Part shown: positions 36,596 through 46,007 of the stretch, one piece after another
Layout: the number at the start of each line of letters is the position of its first letter
Position numbering within the stretch: position 1 is the first letter of the stretch
The notes under the pieces: model-generated
Told to the model about the DNA's origin: nothing
Database searches by the model: none
The model's input: only the letters and a program-made list of their open reading frames with translations
Assembly: GCA_029263095.1 (NCBI GenBank)
Contig: JAJCYA010000077.1
Coordinates: 2,874 to 66,873 of the forward strand
Length of the DNA: 64,000 nucleotides
Origin: Acidimicrobiia bacterium
Lineage (GTDB): Bacteria > Actinomycetota > Acidimicrobiia > Spongiisociales > UBA11373
Direction: 5' to 3'
Position numbers and translations under genes: made by a program

Positions 36596-37833
36596 GCAGA
36601 TCCGCCCAAGAGGGCGTGGATCTCTGGGTCGGCGAGCACATGGTCGCCCTTCTTGGCGACATCGAGGATGCTCTCCACCATCTGCTGTGTGCACTCGATC
36701 TGTCGCTTGGAGAGCCAGGCGACGACGTTGGCCTCGCCGCTCATCGGTCCCACTGTTATCTCTTGCTCCCGCCCGAGCATCTCGGAGGGCACGCCGCTGT
36801 AAATGCGATTGGCGAGCCAGGGGTCGCCGGTGCGCATGGCCTTTAGGACCGCGGCGGCATGGACCCCTGTGCTGGTCTCGAAGGCATCCTTCCCGATGGC
36901 AGGCGTGTTTCCCGGTATCGGGGTATCGGTGGCACGGGAGGCGGCAGAGGAGTAGCGGGGGAGAGTTGTGAGATCGTTGTCGATCCATCCCAAGAGCCGG
37001 AGATTGACCAACAGGGGCTCCATGGGCGTGTTGCCGACCCTCTCGCCGATGCCGATGGCGCAACCGTGAACCCGGTCTGCGCCGGCCGAGAGTGCGGTGA
37101 GCGAGTTGATGACGCTCAAGTGGCGATCGCGATGGCCGTGGTAGTCGATCTTGACGTCCTCGCCGGTGTCGGCCACCAACTCTTTGGCGAATTGAACCAG
37201 GCTGCGGACTCCCCATGGGCTGGCGTGACCGACAGTGTCCGAGAGGCAGATGCGGCGCGCCCCGGCCCCGATGGCCGCTGTGTACACACGTCGCAACACG
37301 TCGGGATGGGCACGGGTCGTATCTTCGGTGACGTACATCACAGTGAGGTCGTTCTCGCGAGCGAGGTGGACGGCCTTTTCGGTCGTCTCGAGTAGCCAGT
37401 CGACATCCCAGCCCTCGACGAACTGACGGATCGGGCTGGATCCGATGAAAACCGAAGCTTCTATTGGGAACCCTGCCCGCTGCTGAGCCTCGGCGATGGG
37501 GAGGATGTCGGCGGGATGGGTCCGACCGGCGCAGTTGGCCTCGATCGCCAGATCGGCGCGATCGATTTCCTCGGCCAAGCCCACCACATCGTTGAGCATC
37601 TGGTCGCCTGCACCCGGGTAGCCGATGTCGGCAAAGCGGATGCCGAGGGCGGCGATCTCATGGAGGATCTCGATCTTCTCGGGCAGAGAGGGTTGGCGCA
37701 CCGACGGGCTCTGCAGGCCGTCACGCAGGGTCTCGTCATCGAGTTCTACCTGAGTCGGTGCCGGGAGGTCTGCTTCGCCGATGAGATTCCAGTCGTGGAG
37801 AAGCTCCTGTTCCCGGTCCAGATCGTCCGCCAT
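36592..37833 (-). CDS. HMGL-like DRE-TIM synthase (2-isopropylmalate / citramalate / homocitrate synthase family)
   Basis: LRDGLQSP, HGHRDRHLSV and a (b/a)8 pyruvate-carboxyltransferase-like pattern. 413 aa short form without a LeuA regulatory domain. Confidence 0.65.
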   Translation of the reverse strand: MADDLDREQELLHDWNLIGEADLPAPTQVELDDETLRDGLQSPSVRQPSLPEKIEILHEIAALGIRFADIGYPGAGDQMLNDVVGLAEEIDRADLAIEANCAGRTHPADILPIAEAQQRAGFPIEASVFIGSSPIRQFVEGWDVDWLLETTEKAVHLARENDLTVMYVTEDTTRAHPDVLRRVYTAAIGAGARRICLSDTVGHASPWGVRSLVQFAKELVADTGEDVKIDYHGHRDRHLSVINSLTALSAGADRVHGCAIGIGERVGNTPMEPLLVNLRLLGWIDNDLTTLPRYSSAASRATDTPIPGNTPAIGKDAFETSTGVHAAAVLKAMRTGDPWLANRIYSGVPSEMLGREQEITVGPMSGEANVVAWLSKRQIECTQQMVESILDVAKKGDHVLADPEIHALLGGSA

Positions 37834-38015
37834 GGCGTCCTCCTTCGATCATTCCGTATCGGACCGACGCAGGACGACTCTGGTGGTACCCGTGCTGCGG
37901 GCGGCTTCTCCATGACGCCCGACCCCTCGATACTTCAGCGGCCGGGTGGCACGGCGAGTAGTCTACCGAACGGTCGGACGGCGCGTAGCTGGAGGCAACT
38001 GATGGAGGTTCGACG

Positions 38016-38444
38016 GTGACGACGGCGCAACCGGAGACGGTCCCGAAATCGTTCCGCCCCGTGGAATTCGAGGTCACGGCAGGGGGTGAGGGGTTCTTGC
38101 TGGGCAGTCGCTGCAGCAACTGTGGAGCTCACTTCTTTCCGGTACGGCAGGCGTGTTCCGGGTGTCTACACGCCGATCTGGAGACAGTCCGATTCTCGAC
38201 AACGGCGACGCTCTACACCTTCTCTGTAGTCCGCCAATCCACGCCGGACTTCGCCGTGCCCTATGCCCTCGGCTATGTCGATCTGCCGGAAGGGGTGCGG
38301 GTCATGGCACAGCTCACCGGCCGCGACCCTGAGGATTACCAAATCGGGATGGAGATGGAATTGGTGGTGGAGCCTTTTGGCGCAGATGAGGACGGCAACG
38401 AGATGACCGGCTACCGCTTCCAGCCCAAGGAGGGGTCCCAATGA
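38016..38444 (+). CDS. DUF35 Zn-ribbon/OB-fold protein (thiolase-associated)
   Basis: CSNCGAHFFPVRQACSGC Zn ribbon followed by an OB fold. Immediately upstream of and overlapping an SCP-x-type thiolase. Confidence 0.7.
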   Translation: MTTAQPETVPKSFRPVEFEVTAGGEGFLLGSRCSNCGAHFFPVRQACSGCLHADLETVRFSTTATLYTFSVVRQSTPDFAVPYALGYVDLPEGVRVMAQLTGRDPEDYQIGMEMELVVEPFGADEDGNEMTGYRFQPKEGSQ

Positions 38445-39583
38445 CCGGCGTATACGTTCTGGGGGTGGGGATGACCCGGTTCGGAAAGCACCCCGACAAG
38501 GATGCGGCCGACCTCGGTTCGGCTGCCTTCCAGGAGGCCGTGACCGATGCCGGCATAGAGCCTCGACAGATCGAAGCGGCCTACTGCGGGCATGTGTTCC
38601 AGGGGATGGTCACCGGACAGCGCATTCTTGCTCAAGTGGGTCTGGCAGGGCTTCCCCTATCGAATGTCGAGAATGCCTGCAGCAGCGGAGCCACCGCAAT
38701 TCGCGAAGCTTCGCTTGCCATCCGCGCCGGGGAACACGACGTGGTGATGGCGGTGGGTACCGAGCACCTGACGACCAAGTTCCGAGGCGCCCTGACTCCC
38801 GACCCCAGCGACCCCGAGGCCGCCGTCGGCGCCACCATGCCGAGCGTGTATGCAATGCGGGCGCGTCGCTACATGGAGGAGTTCGGCATGACCAGACGTC
38901 AATTGGCGCTGGTGGCCGTCAAGAACAAGCGAAATGCTGCGGCCAACCCGCTGGCCCACTTTCGCAAGGAGATCACGGTTGAGGATGTGTTGGAGTCCCG
39001 TCCGATTGCCGACCCGCTACGGCTCCACGACTGTTCGCCCGTTACCGACGGAGCGGCCGCTGTCGTCCTAGTCAGCGACCGGGCTGTCAAGAAGCTGGGC
39101 AACGGTCGGGCGATCCGTCTGGCCGCATCGACCCTGTTCACCGGAACGGTCGATGTGGAGCCGACGACGATGACATTCGAGCCGCTGACCCACAAGACGG
39201 CTCTTGCTGCCTACGAAAGGGCTGGCATCGGACCAGAGGATGTAGATTTCGCCGAGGTTCACGACTGCTTCAGCATCGCTGAAGTGCTGCGGGTAGAGGG
39301 TCTCGGGCTGTTCGAGCGGGGGGCTTACCCCGGGGCGGTTGAGCGAGGAGAGGCCGACATCGGCGGCCGACTTCCCATCAACCCCAGCGGTGGTCTACTC
39401 GGGAAGGGCCATCCGCTGGGAGGCACCGGCGTCGCTCAGGTCGTGGAGCTGGTGCGACAGCTGCGCGGAGAGGCCGGCGACCGACAGATCGAAGGAGCCA
39501 AGGTGGGTCTGGCCCACTGCCGTGGTGGCAAGGCCGTAGGTATCGAAGGTGCCGCCTGCACGGTGCAGGTGCTGGTGAAGTGA
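38441..39583 (+). CDS. Thiolase-like protein, SCP-x/nonspecific lipid-transfer-protein type
   Basis: NVENACSSGATAI (active-site Cys region) and C-terminal thiolase motifs; ~380 aa. Confidence 0.75.
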   Translation: MTGVYVLGVGMTRFGKHPDKDAADLGSAAFQEAVTDAGIEPRQIEAAYCGHVFQGMVTGQRILAQVGLAGLPLSNVENACSSGATAIREASLAIRAGEHDVVMAVGTEHLTTKFRGALTPDPSDPEAAVGATMPSVYAMRARRYMEEFGMTRRQLALVAVKNKRNAAANPLAHFRKEITVEDVLESRPIADPLRLHDCSPVTDGAAAVVLVSDRAVKKLGNGRAIRLAASTLFTGTVDVEPTTMTFEPLTHKTALAAYERAGIGPEDVDFAEVHDCFSIAEVLRVEGLGLFERGAYPGAVERGEADIGGRLPINPSGGLLGKGHPLGGTGVAQVVELVRQLRGEAGDRQIEGAKVGLAHCRGGKAVGIEGAACTVQVLVK

Positions 39584-40722
39584 GCGGCGAGCAGGTTGCG
39601 CTGCCCTTCACGCTGATGCGGGGAGGAACATCGAAGGCGGTGTTTCTGCGCGGTGCCGACCTGCCTCCATCAGGTGCTCTACGCGACCGTATGATCTTGG
39701 CGTTGTTCGGCAGTCCCGATCCCCGGCAGATAGATGGTCTGGGAGGCGCGGACATCCTCACCAGCAAGCTGGCCATCATCGATCCCCCCTCTCGACCCGA
39801 TGTGGACCTGAACTACACCTTTGCGCAGGTGAGTGTCTCGGAACCGGTAGTGGATTACGACATCATCTGCGGAAACATCTCGGCCGCCGTCGGTGCCTAC
39901 GCAGTGGATGAGGGCTTGGTGTCGCCCGAAGAATCCGAGGCGACGGTGCGGATCTACAACACGAACACGGATCGCGTCTTCCGGGCGATGGTTCCGGTGC
40001 AGCGTGGCCGGGCCGCCATCGACGGTGACTGCGTGATCGATGGTGTCCCCGGTAGCGGGGCACCCATTGCCCTGGACCTCAGCGGCACGTACGGCAGCGA
40101 AACCGGAGCACTGCTCCCGACGGGCAATCCACTCGACGTGCTGGAAACCGGGATCGGATCCGTGGAGGTGTCGATCGTGGATCTCGCCAGCCTGTGTGTC
40201 TTCTTTCACGCTTCGGCGGTGGGGCTCGACGGAACTGAAGGACCGGATGCGGTGAGCGGTGATCATGTGGCTGCCGTAGTCGCCGTGAAGGAGGCGACTT
40301 CCAAGCTCCTCGGCCTGGCTCCCGATGCATTGACTCCAATACCGGCGGCGGTTGCGGCGCCGACCGACTACGTCGGCTTCGGGAACGGCGACCCCGTCGC
40401 CACAGCCGACGTCGATCTGGTGGCGCGAGTCATCGGGGGAAGGCCCCCGATGCTGCACAAGGCGTATCCCGGCGCTTCGGCAGCCTGCACAGCCGTGGCT
40501 GCTCGCATTCCCGGCACTGTTGTGGCTCAAGTCGTTCAGCAGCTCGAGCCCGGCACGCTGCGTATCGGCCACACCAGTGGCGTCATGAGCGTTGGCGTTG
40601 CCGTCGCACCCGATGGAGACACCTGGCAGGTGCAGCGCGCCTCCTACGACCGGACGGCTCGACGTTTGGCCGAGGGCACAGCGTTTGTTCGCCGGGCCGA
40701 AGCCGGCGCGGACGGCCGATGA
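39580..40722 (+). CDS. PrpF/AcnD-accessory (DUF453) family isomerase
   Basis: MRGGTSKAVF N-terminal signature of the PrpF/Mii/GalD family. GTG start overlaps the thiolase stop. Confidence 0.65.
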   Translation: MSGEQVALPFTLMRGGTSKAVFLRGADLPPSGALRDRMILALFGSPDPRQIDGLGGADILTSKLAIIDPPSRPDVDLNYTFAQVSVSEPVVDYDIICGNISAAVGAYAVDEGLVSPEESEATVRIYNTNTDRVFRAMVPVQRGRAAIDGDCVIDGVPGSGAPIALDLSGTYGSETGALLPTGNPLDVLETGIGSVEVSIVDLASLCVFFHASAVGLDGTEGPDAVSGDHVAAVVAVKEATSKLLGLAPDALTPIPAAVAAPTDYVGFGNGDPVATADVDLVARVIGGRPPMLHKAYPGASAACTAVAARIPGTVVAQVVQQLEPGTLRIGHTSGVMSVGVAVAPDGDTWQVQRASYDRTARRLAEGTAFVRRAEAGADGR

Positions 40723-41189
40723 CCGACGGCATCCTCACCCTCACGGTGAACGGCGAAGCCCGTCGTCTTGTCGCTGAGGGGCAGCGCACTCTTCTCGAGT
40801 TGCTGCGCGACGATCTGGGTCTGACGGGGACCAAGCACGGGTGCGACCTGGGTGAGTGCGGCACCTGCACCGTTCTGGTCGACGGTAAGCCGGTGCTCTC
40901 CTGCCTGACTCTGGCGACGCAGACGCGGGGGAGCGAAGTGACCACCGTCGAGGGGTTGGCCGATGGATTGGTTCCCCATCCGTTGCAGAAGGCATTCGCC
41001 GAACTGGGGGCGGCCCAGTGCGGGTACTGCACGCCGGGGATGCTGGTCACGGCGGCGGCGTTGCTCGAGCGCAATCCGCAACCCGACACCGACGAGATCA
41101 GGCAAGCCCTGGCCGGGAATCTCTGTCGCTGCACCGGGTACATCAAGATCCTCGATGCAGTGAAACTCGCCGCGGGTGCGGTCCGGTGA
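40719..41189 (+). CDS. hcrC: [2Fe-2S]-binding small subunit of the xanthine dehydrogenase/CO dehydrogenase family, HcrC-like
   Basis: CDLGECGTCTV (plant-type cluster) and CGYCTPGM...CRCTGY (second cluster). Confidence 0.75.
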   Translation: MTDGILTLTVNGEARRLVAEGQRTLLELLRDDLGLTGTKHGCDLGECGTCTVLVDGKPVLSCLTLATQTRGSEVTTVEGLADGLVPHPLQKAFAELGAAQCGYCTPGMLVTAAALLERNPQPDTDEIRQALAGNLCRCTGYIKILDAVKLAAGAVR

Positions 41190-43546
41190 CGGGCAACGTA
41201 GTGGTCGGTCGTCCGGGTCCGCGAGTCGATGCCGCCGATCAGGTAACCGGCCGGACCACCTTCGCAGGCGACATCGATCGTTCAGGGATGCTGATCGGCG
41301 GCCTCCTCGAGTCGTCGCAGGCGCACGCCCGGATTCTCAGCGTCGATACTTCGGCTGCCGAGGCACTTCCAGGTGTCCGTGCTGTACTCACAGGAGCGGA
41401 TCTTCCGGTTCCTTACGGGATCCTTCCCGTAAGCCAAGACGAGCACGCGCTCGCGGTGGACAAGGTTCGATATGTGGGGGAGCCGGTGGCGGCCGTTGCT
41501 GCCGTGGATGCCGATTCGGTGGAAGAGGCCTTGTCTCGGATCGTGGTCGAATACGAGCCGCTCGACGCGGTTGCGACCATCGAAGAGGCCCTGGCTTCGG
41601 GAACCCGAATCCACGGCGAAGGCGAAGGCGACAACGTGCACCGCCGCGCTGCCCTCGAGTTTGGAGACGTCGGTTCGGGTTTCGATGCCGCCCATCTGGT
41701 GCGAGAGGATGTCTACTTCTTCGGCGGCAACACTCACGCCGCACTGGAACAGCACGCGGCGGTGGCGTCCGCCGGACTCGACGGGCGGGTGACGCTGTGG
41801 TCTTCCACGCAGGTGCCGCATTATCTGCATCGCACTCTCGAGAAGGTGCTCGAAATGCCCGCCGGTCGGATCCGGGTGATCGCCGCCCCCGTCGGCGGTG
41901 GATTCGGCGGCAAGACCGATCCCTTCAGTCATGAGATCGTTGCCGCCAAGCTGGCGATGGTCACCGGACGCCCGGTCAAGATCGTTCTGTCGCGCCAGCA
42001 GGTCTTCTACGCCCACAGGGGCAGGCATCCGGTGCTGATGTGGGTCAAGACCGGATTCGATCCTGAGGGCCGGATCACAGCCATGCACTTCAAGTCATTC
42101 CTCGACGGGGGTGCCTACGGCTCCTATGGGGCCGCCTCCCTCCTCTACACCGGGTCGCTCCAAACCTCCACTTACCGGATCCCCAACTACAAGTTCGAAG
42201 GCGTGCGGGTGTTCACCAACAAGCCACCTTGTGGGCCCAAGCGGGGGCACGGAACTCCCCAGCCCCGGTTTGCACTCGAATGCCAGCTGGACGAGGCGGC
42301 GGCCGATCTGGGTCTCGATCCGGTGACCATTCGGCGCCGCAATCTGGTGGAACCCTTCTCGATGACGGTCAATCACCTTCGGATCACCAGCTGCGGCATC
42401 GAGGAGTGCCTGGATCGTGCCGTTGAAGCCTCCGACTTCTCCGCCAAGCACGGCAACCTCCCGGAGGGCAAGGGGATCGGCCTCGCTGCCGGCGCCTACC
42501 TGTCTGGAGCCGGTCTCCCCATCTACTGGAACGATATGCCGCAGTCCGAGGTGGAGATCAAGGTGGATCGAGGTGGGGGGGTCACGGTGTTCTCGATGGC
42601 TACCGACGTGGGCCAGGGCTCGACGTCGGTGCTGGCGACGATCGTCGCCGAAGTACTGGGCCTCGAACCGAGCGACCTAGCGATGGTCACTGCCGATACC
42701 GATCTGACACCGGTGGACCTCGGGTCATATTCGAGTCGGGTCACCTTTATGGCGGGAAACGCCGCCAAGGAAGCCGCGGAAGGGATCCGAGACCGGGTGA
42801 TTGCGGCTGTAGCCGACGAATTGGGGCTTTCAGCAGACGTCGTGGTGGTGGCGGGAGGAAGGGTCGGCTCAGCGAACGACGAAGACAAGACTCTCTCGTG
42901 GGCCGACGCGGTCCGGGCTGCCATCGTCCGGGGCGGGTCCCTGACGGGCTCAGGCTCCTACCGGGCGCCAGATCTCGCCGGTCCGTATCGGGGATCCGGA
43001 GTTGGTATTTCACCCGCATACTCGTACTCGGTGGCGGTGGTAGAGGTCGACTGCGATTCTGAGACCGGTGAGGTGCGAGTGGCAAAGGTGTGGCTGGCCC
43101 ACGACATCGGCCGGGCACTAAACCCCCTCCTGGTCGAGGGCCAGATGGAAGGCGGGGTCTACATGGGGCTGGGGGAGGCACTATTCGAGGAGCAGGCGTT
43201 CCGGCACACCCTCCACCGGGGCCCGTCACTGCTCGACTACAAGCTGCCGACCTTTCTCGAGATGCCACCGGTGCAGTCGATTCTGGTCGAAACCGACGAT
43301 CCTGAGGGGCCGTTTGGTGCCAAGGAGGTCGGTCAGGGTCCACTGCTGCCGGTCATACCGGCACTGGCCAATGCGGTCCACGACGCCCTGGGTGTTCGCG
43401 TCGCTGAGGTGCCGATCACCCCCGACAAGGTGGTCGCCGCCCAGCGAGACATCAAACGGGGAGGGGATGGCCGCTTTGGGCCCCGATCCGTGCCCGACTA
43501 CGACTTCGGGCGACTCACCCGAGTCGATCCCCCTGGGGAGTTCTAG
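41186..43546 (+). CDS. hcrA: Molybdopterin-cofactor large subunit (XDH/CODH family), HcrA-like 4-hydroxybenzoyl-CoA reductase alpha
   Basis: 787 aa from a GTG overlapping the hcrC stop. Typical MoCo-subunit motifs (GGGFGGK, etc.). Confidence 0.7.
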   Translation: MTGNVVVGRPGPRVDAADQVTGRTTFAGDIDRSGMLIGGLLESSQAHARILSVDTSAAEALPGVRAVLTGADLPVPYGILPVSQDEHALAVDKVRYVGEPVAAVAAVDADSVEEALSRIVVEYEPLDAVATIEEALASGTRIHGEGEGDNVHRRAALEFGDVGSGFDAAHLVREDVYFFGGNTHAALEQHAAVASAGLDGRVTLWSSTQVPHYLHRTLEKVLEMPAGRIRVIAAPVGGGFGGKTDPFSHEIVAAKLAMVTGRPVKIVLSRQQVFYAHRGRHPVLMWVKTGFDPEGRITAMHFKSFLDGGAYGSYGAASLLYTGSLQTSTYRIPNYKFEGVRVFTNKPPCGPKRGHGTPQPRFALECQLDEAAADLGLDPVTIRRRNLVEPFSMTVNHLRITSCGIEECLDRAVEASDFSAKHGNLPEGKGIGLAAGAYLSGAGLPIYWNDMPQSEVEIKVDRGGGVTVFSMATDVGQGSTSVLATIVAEVLGLEPSDLAMVTADTDLTPVDLGSYSSRVTFMAGNAAKEAAEGIRDRVIAAVADELGLSADVVVVAGGRVGSANDEDKTLSWADAVRAAIVRGGSLTGSGSYRAPDLAGPYRGSGVGISPAYSYSVAVVEVDCDSETGEVRVAKVWLAHDIGRALNPLLVEGQMEGGVYMGLGEALFEEQAFRHTLHRGPSLLDYKLPTFLEMPPVQSILVETDDPEGPFGAKEVGQGPLLPVIPALANAVHDALGVRVAEVPITPDKVVAAQRDIKRGGDGRFGPRSVPDYDFGRLTRVDPPGEF

Positions 43547-44511
43547 TGCGCCTCCCGGCCTTCGGCTACTTGGAACCCTCCACCGTTGAGGACGCGGTCG
43601 AGTTGCTGGCGATCAATCCGGGGGCCGAGATCATTGCCGGGGGGACCGACCTGATCCCGAACATGAAGCGTCGCCAGATCAGTCCGTCGACGGTGATAGC
43701 GCTAGGCACGATCGATGGGATGAGCGGGATCCAAGTCGATGACGATGGTGGCGTGACGATCGGGGCGCTGACCCTGCTGCACGACTTGGCTGCTTCGTCG
43801 GAGGTTCCGGCCGCACTTGCATCGGCTGCTGCCGAGATCGGGTCGCCTCAGATACGGAACGTGGCAACGGTCGGTGGCAATCTCTGTCTGGACACGCGGT
43901 GCGGCTTCATCAATCAGACAGAGTCGTGGCGTCTGGCATCGGGTCTTTGCCTCAAGGCGGATGGCGACGTGTGCTGGGTGGCTCCCAAGGGAGAAGAGTG
44001 CGTTGCAGTCTCATCCTCCGATCTGGCACCGGTTACGGTCGCTCTCGATGCCGAGGTGGGCCTAGTCGGACCAGATGGATCACGCACCCTGGCCGCCTCC
44101 GATCTGTATCGCTCCGACGGTATCGATCACCTCGGGAAGTCGGCGGATGAGATTGTCACAGCTCTCACGGTGCCGCCTCGCCCGCGGTGGCGGACGGGCT
44201 ACCGCAAACTGCGCCGCAGGGGGACGATCGACTTCCCGATTCTCGGCGTCGCCGTGGCCGTCGAGGTGGCGGACGACGGCAGGGTCAAGGATGCGCGAAT
44301 CGTTCTCGGTGCGATAGCGCCTGCACCTATGCGAATGCGTCAGGCCGAGGAGGCCCTGGTGGGGAGCCGACTCGACGCCGAGGCGATAGAGCGCGCTGCC
44401 GAACTGGCTGCCAAGCCGGTACGCCCCTACGACAACGTGGACCTGGGGTCTCGCTACCGCAAGTGGATGGCACCGGTGTTCATCACAAGGGCGTTGCAGG
44501 ACCTCCGGTAG
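43546..44511 (+). CDS. hcrB: FAD-binding medium subunit with a Cys-rich insertion (HcrB-like)
   Basis: CoxM-like FAD domain plus the inserted NLCLDTRCGFINQTESWRLASGLCLKADGDVCWVAPKGEEC (5 Cys in 42 aa), consistent with the extra [4Fe-4S] loop characteristic of 4-hydroxybenzoyl-CoA reductase beta subunits. Confidence 0.7.
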   Translation: MRLPAFGYLEPSTVEDAVELLAINPGAEIIAGGTDLIPNMKRRQISPSTVIALGTIDGMSGIQVDDDGGVTIGALTLLHDLAASSEVPAALASAAAEIGSPQIRNVATVGGNLCLDTRCGFINQTESWRLASGLCLKADGDVCWVAPKGEECVAVSSSDLAPVTVALDAEVGLVGPDGSRTLAASDLYRSDGIDHLGKSADEIVTALTVPPRPRWRTGYRKLRRRGTIDFPILGVAVAVEVADDGRVKDARIVLGAIAPAPMRMRQAEEALVGSRLDAEAIERAAELAAKPVRPYDNVDLGSRYRKWMAPVFITRALQDLR

Positions 44512-44563
44512 GTTCGCTCAAGCGACCGACTCTCCTTCATCCGGGCAATCGACCCGGCCGCCG

Positions 44564-45883
44564 TCAAGCCCTCTTTACGCACCGTGCCGAGTACTCGGCA
44601 GTCGCGCTCTTGCGCACCCACCCTCCATCCTCGTCGAGAAGGATCGGGCTGCCCCCTCCGGCAGGGTTCTCGAATAGGACGCACTTGCAGTCCTCACATG
44701 CTTCGCCGCGAGGCTGTGCCCTAACCATTACCCGGCGACCGTCGGTGTCGGTGACGGACTGCTGATCTACCCGACAAGCCCTCGCCTCGCAGTACTCCCA
44801 GTCGTTGCCCTGATCGTCGGTGAATGTCCCGCTGCCTGCCGCGGTCCCACCGAGATCGGAGGCTAGGTAGATACCGCCCCCGACGAGGATCAGTCCGAGC
44901 AGCACGAGGAAGAAGACAACCCAGGGGAACCCATCGCCGCCGGTGTCGATTCGAGTGTCGTTTCCGAGGTCGGTGGGCGCAGCAGTTGCCGCCGTGGTTG
45001 CCGCCGCGGTCGTGGTCGTCGTCGTAGTGCTCGTTGTGGTGGAACTCGTGGTGGTTGTCGCCGCCACCATGGGACCGAGGACGGGCCGGGTGTCGAGACT
45101 CTTCAGCGGCTCACCGACCCGCGGATAGGTCTGAGCGGCCACGGTGTCGGGACTGCTCGGATTGGAGGCCATCGTCTTGAAGATTCCACCCCGAACTCCC
45201 TCATAGTCCACCATGCCGGTGAAGGCGAACACGGTTGCGTGCGGGAAGTGGGCTACTCGCGAACCGGCGACATCCCCATCGAAGCCTTCGGGGGTCCAGT
45301 GAACGAGGTCCTGCCACTTGCCCTGGTTCCATCCCAAGATGAGGGCGTCGCCCAGGCCGTCGAAGAGGTCGGCCTCGACGAAACCGACGAAGCCACCGTT
45401 GCCACCCAGGAATATCTCAAAGTTGTACATATCGTTCGGCTCATCGGGGAACGGGGCGTCATACCCCAAAACGAACATGTCAAAGCCGTTTGCGTAGGCA
45501 TCGCCGCTGCCGTCGTCATTGGCTCCACAGCGCACGGTGTACCCGTCGTGGTCGCCGCACGAGAATGAACCACCTGATCCGAACGCGCCGCCGACACCTC
45601 CGTCGAGCGCTTCGGGGGCGACCCAGCTGAATCCGAAATGGTTGATGGACACCGGCAGATCGACCGTACCGGGTCCGCCGAACGGACTAAACGGATCGGC
45701 CGGCGGGACGTCCGTGGCCCCGCCGTTCTCGTCGATGCGGTTCCACAGACCCGGTGTTCCCAGAGACCGGTCGACGGCATCTCCTATCGCGATATCTCCC
45801 GCCGCAGCAATAGCGGGGATGAACCCGGCAACGAGACCGACGGCCAACACCAACGCAAGCTTTCGCAAACGTGAAATATGCAC
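44564..45883 (-). CDS. Bitopic membrane protein: signal peptide, extracellular Gly/Asp-rich domain, poly-Thr linker, TM helix, Cys-rich cytoplasmic tail
   Basis: Start near (V/I)HISRLRKLALVLAVGLVAGFIPAIAAAG with SD AGGAGGG. TTTTSSTTTSTTTTTTT linker and FPWVVFFLVLLGLILVGGGIYLA TM. Start codon uncertain. Confidence 0.45.
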   Translation of the reverse strand: MHISRLRKLALVLAVGLVAGFIPAIAAAGDIAIGDAVDRSLGTPGLWNRIDENGGATDVPPADPFSPFGGPGTVDLPVSINHFGFSWVAPEALDGGVGGAFGSGGSFSCGDHDGYTVRCGANDDGSGDAYANGFDMFVLGYDAPFPDEPNDMYNFEIFLGGNGGFVGFVEADLFDGLGDALILGWNQGKWQDLVHWTPEGFDGDVAGSRVAHFPHATVFAFTGMVDYEGVRGGIFKTMASNPSSPDTVAAQTYPRVGEPLKSLDTRPVLGPMVAATTTTSSTTTSTTTTTTTAAATTAATAAPTDLGNDTRIDTGGDGFPWVVFFLVLLGLILVGGGIYLASDLGGTAAGSGTFTDDQGNDWEYCEARACRVDQQSVTDTDGRRVMVRAQPRGEACEDCKCVLFENPAGGGSPILLDEDGGWVRKSATAEYSARCVKRA

Positions 45884-46007
45884 CCCTCCTGAATTGGAGG
45901 AAACTCTATAGGGGTTGCTCGTACTACCCACGGCCGTTTGGTCGGTCGACGGTCGACGGTCGACGGTCGAGTCTCCTACGCGACGGATCGAGAGCCGTCG
46001 AACGAAT

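Noticed and set aside
37834-38015. Near-palindrome ccgaacggtcgg in the divergent region between the HMGL-like synthase operon and the DUF35-thiolase operon, as a TetR operator
   Set aside because: Imperfect (two mismatches) and single occurrence; no way to link it to either TetR from sequence alone.
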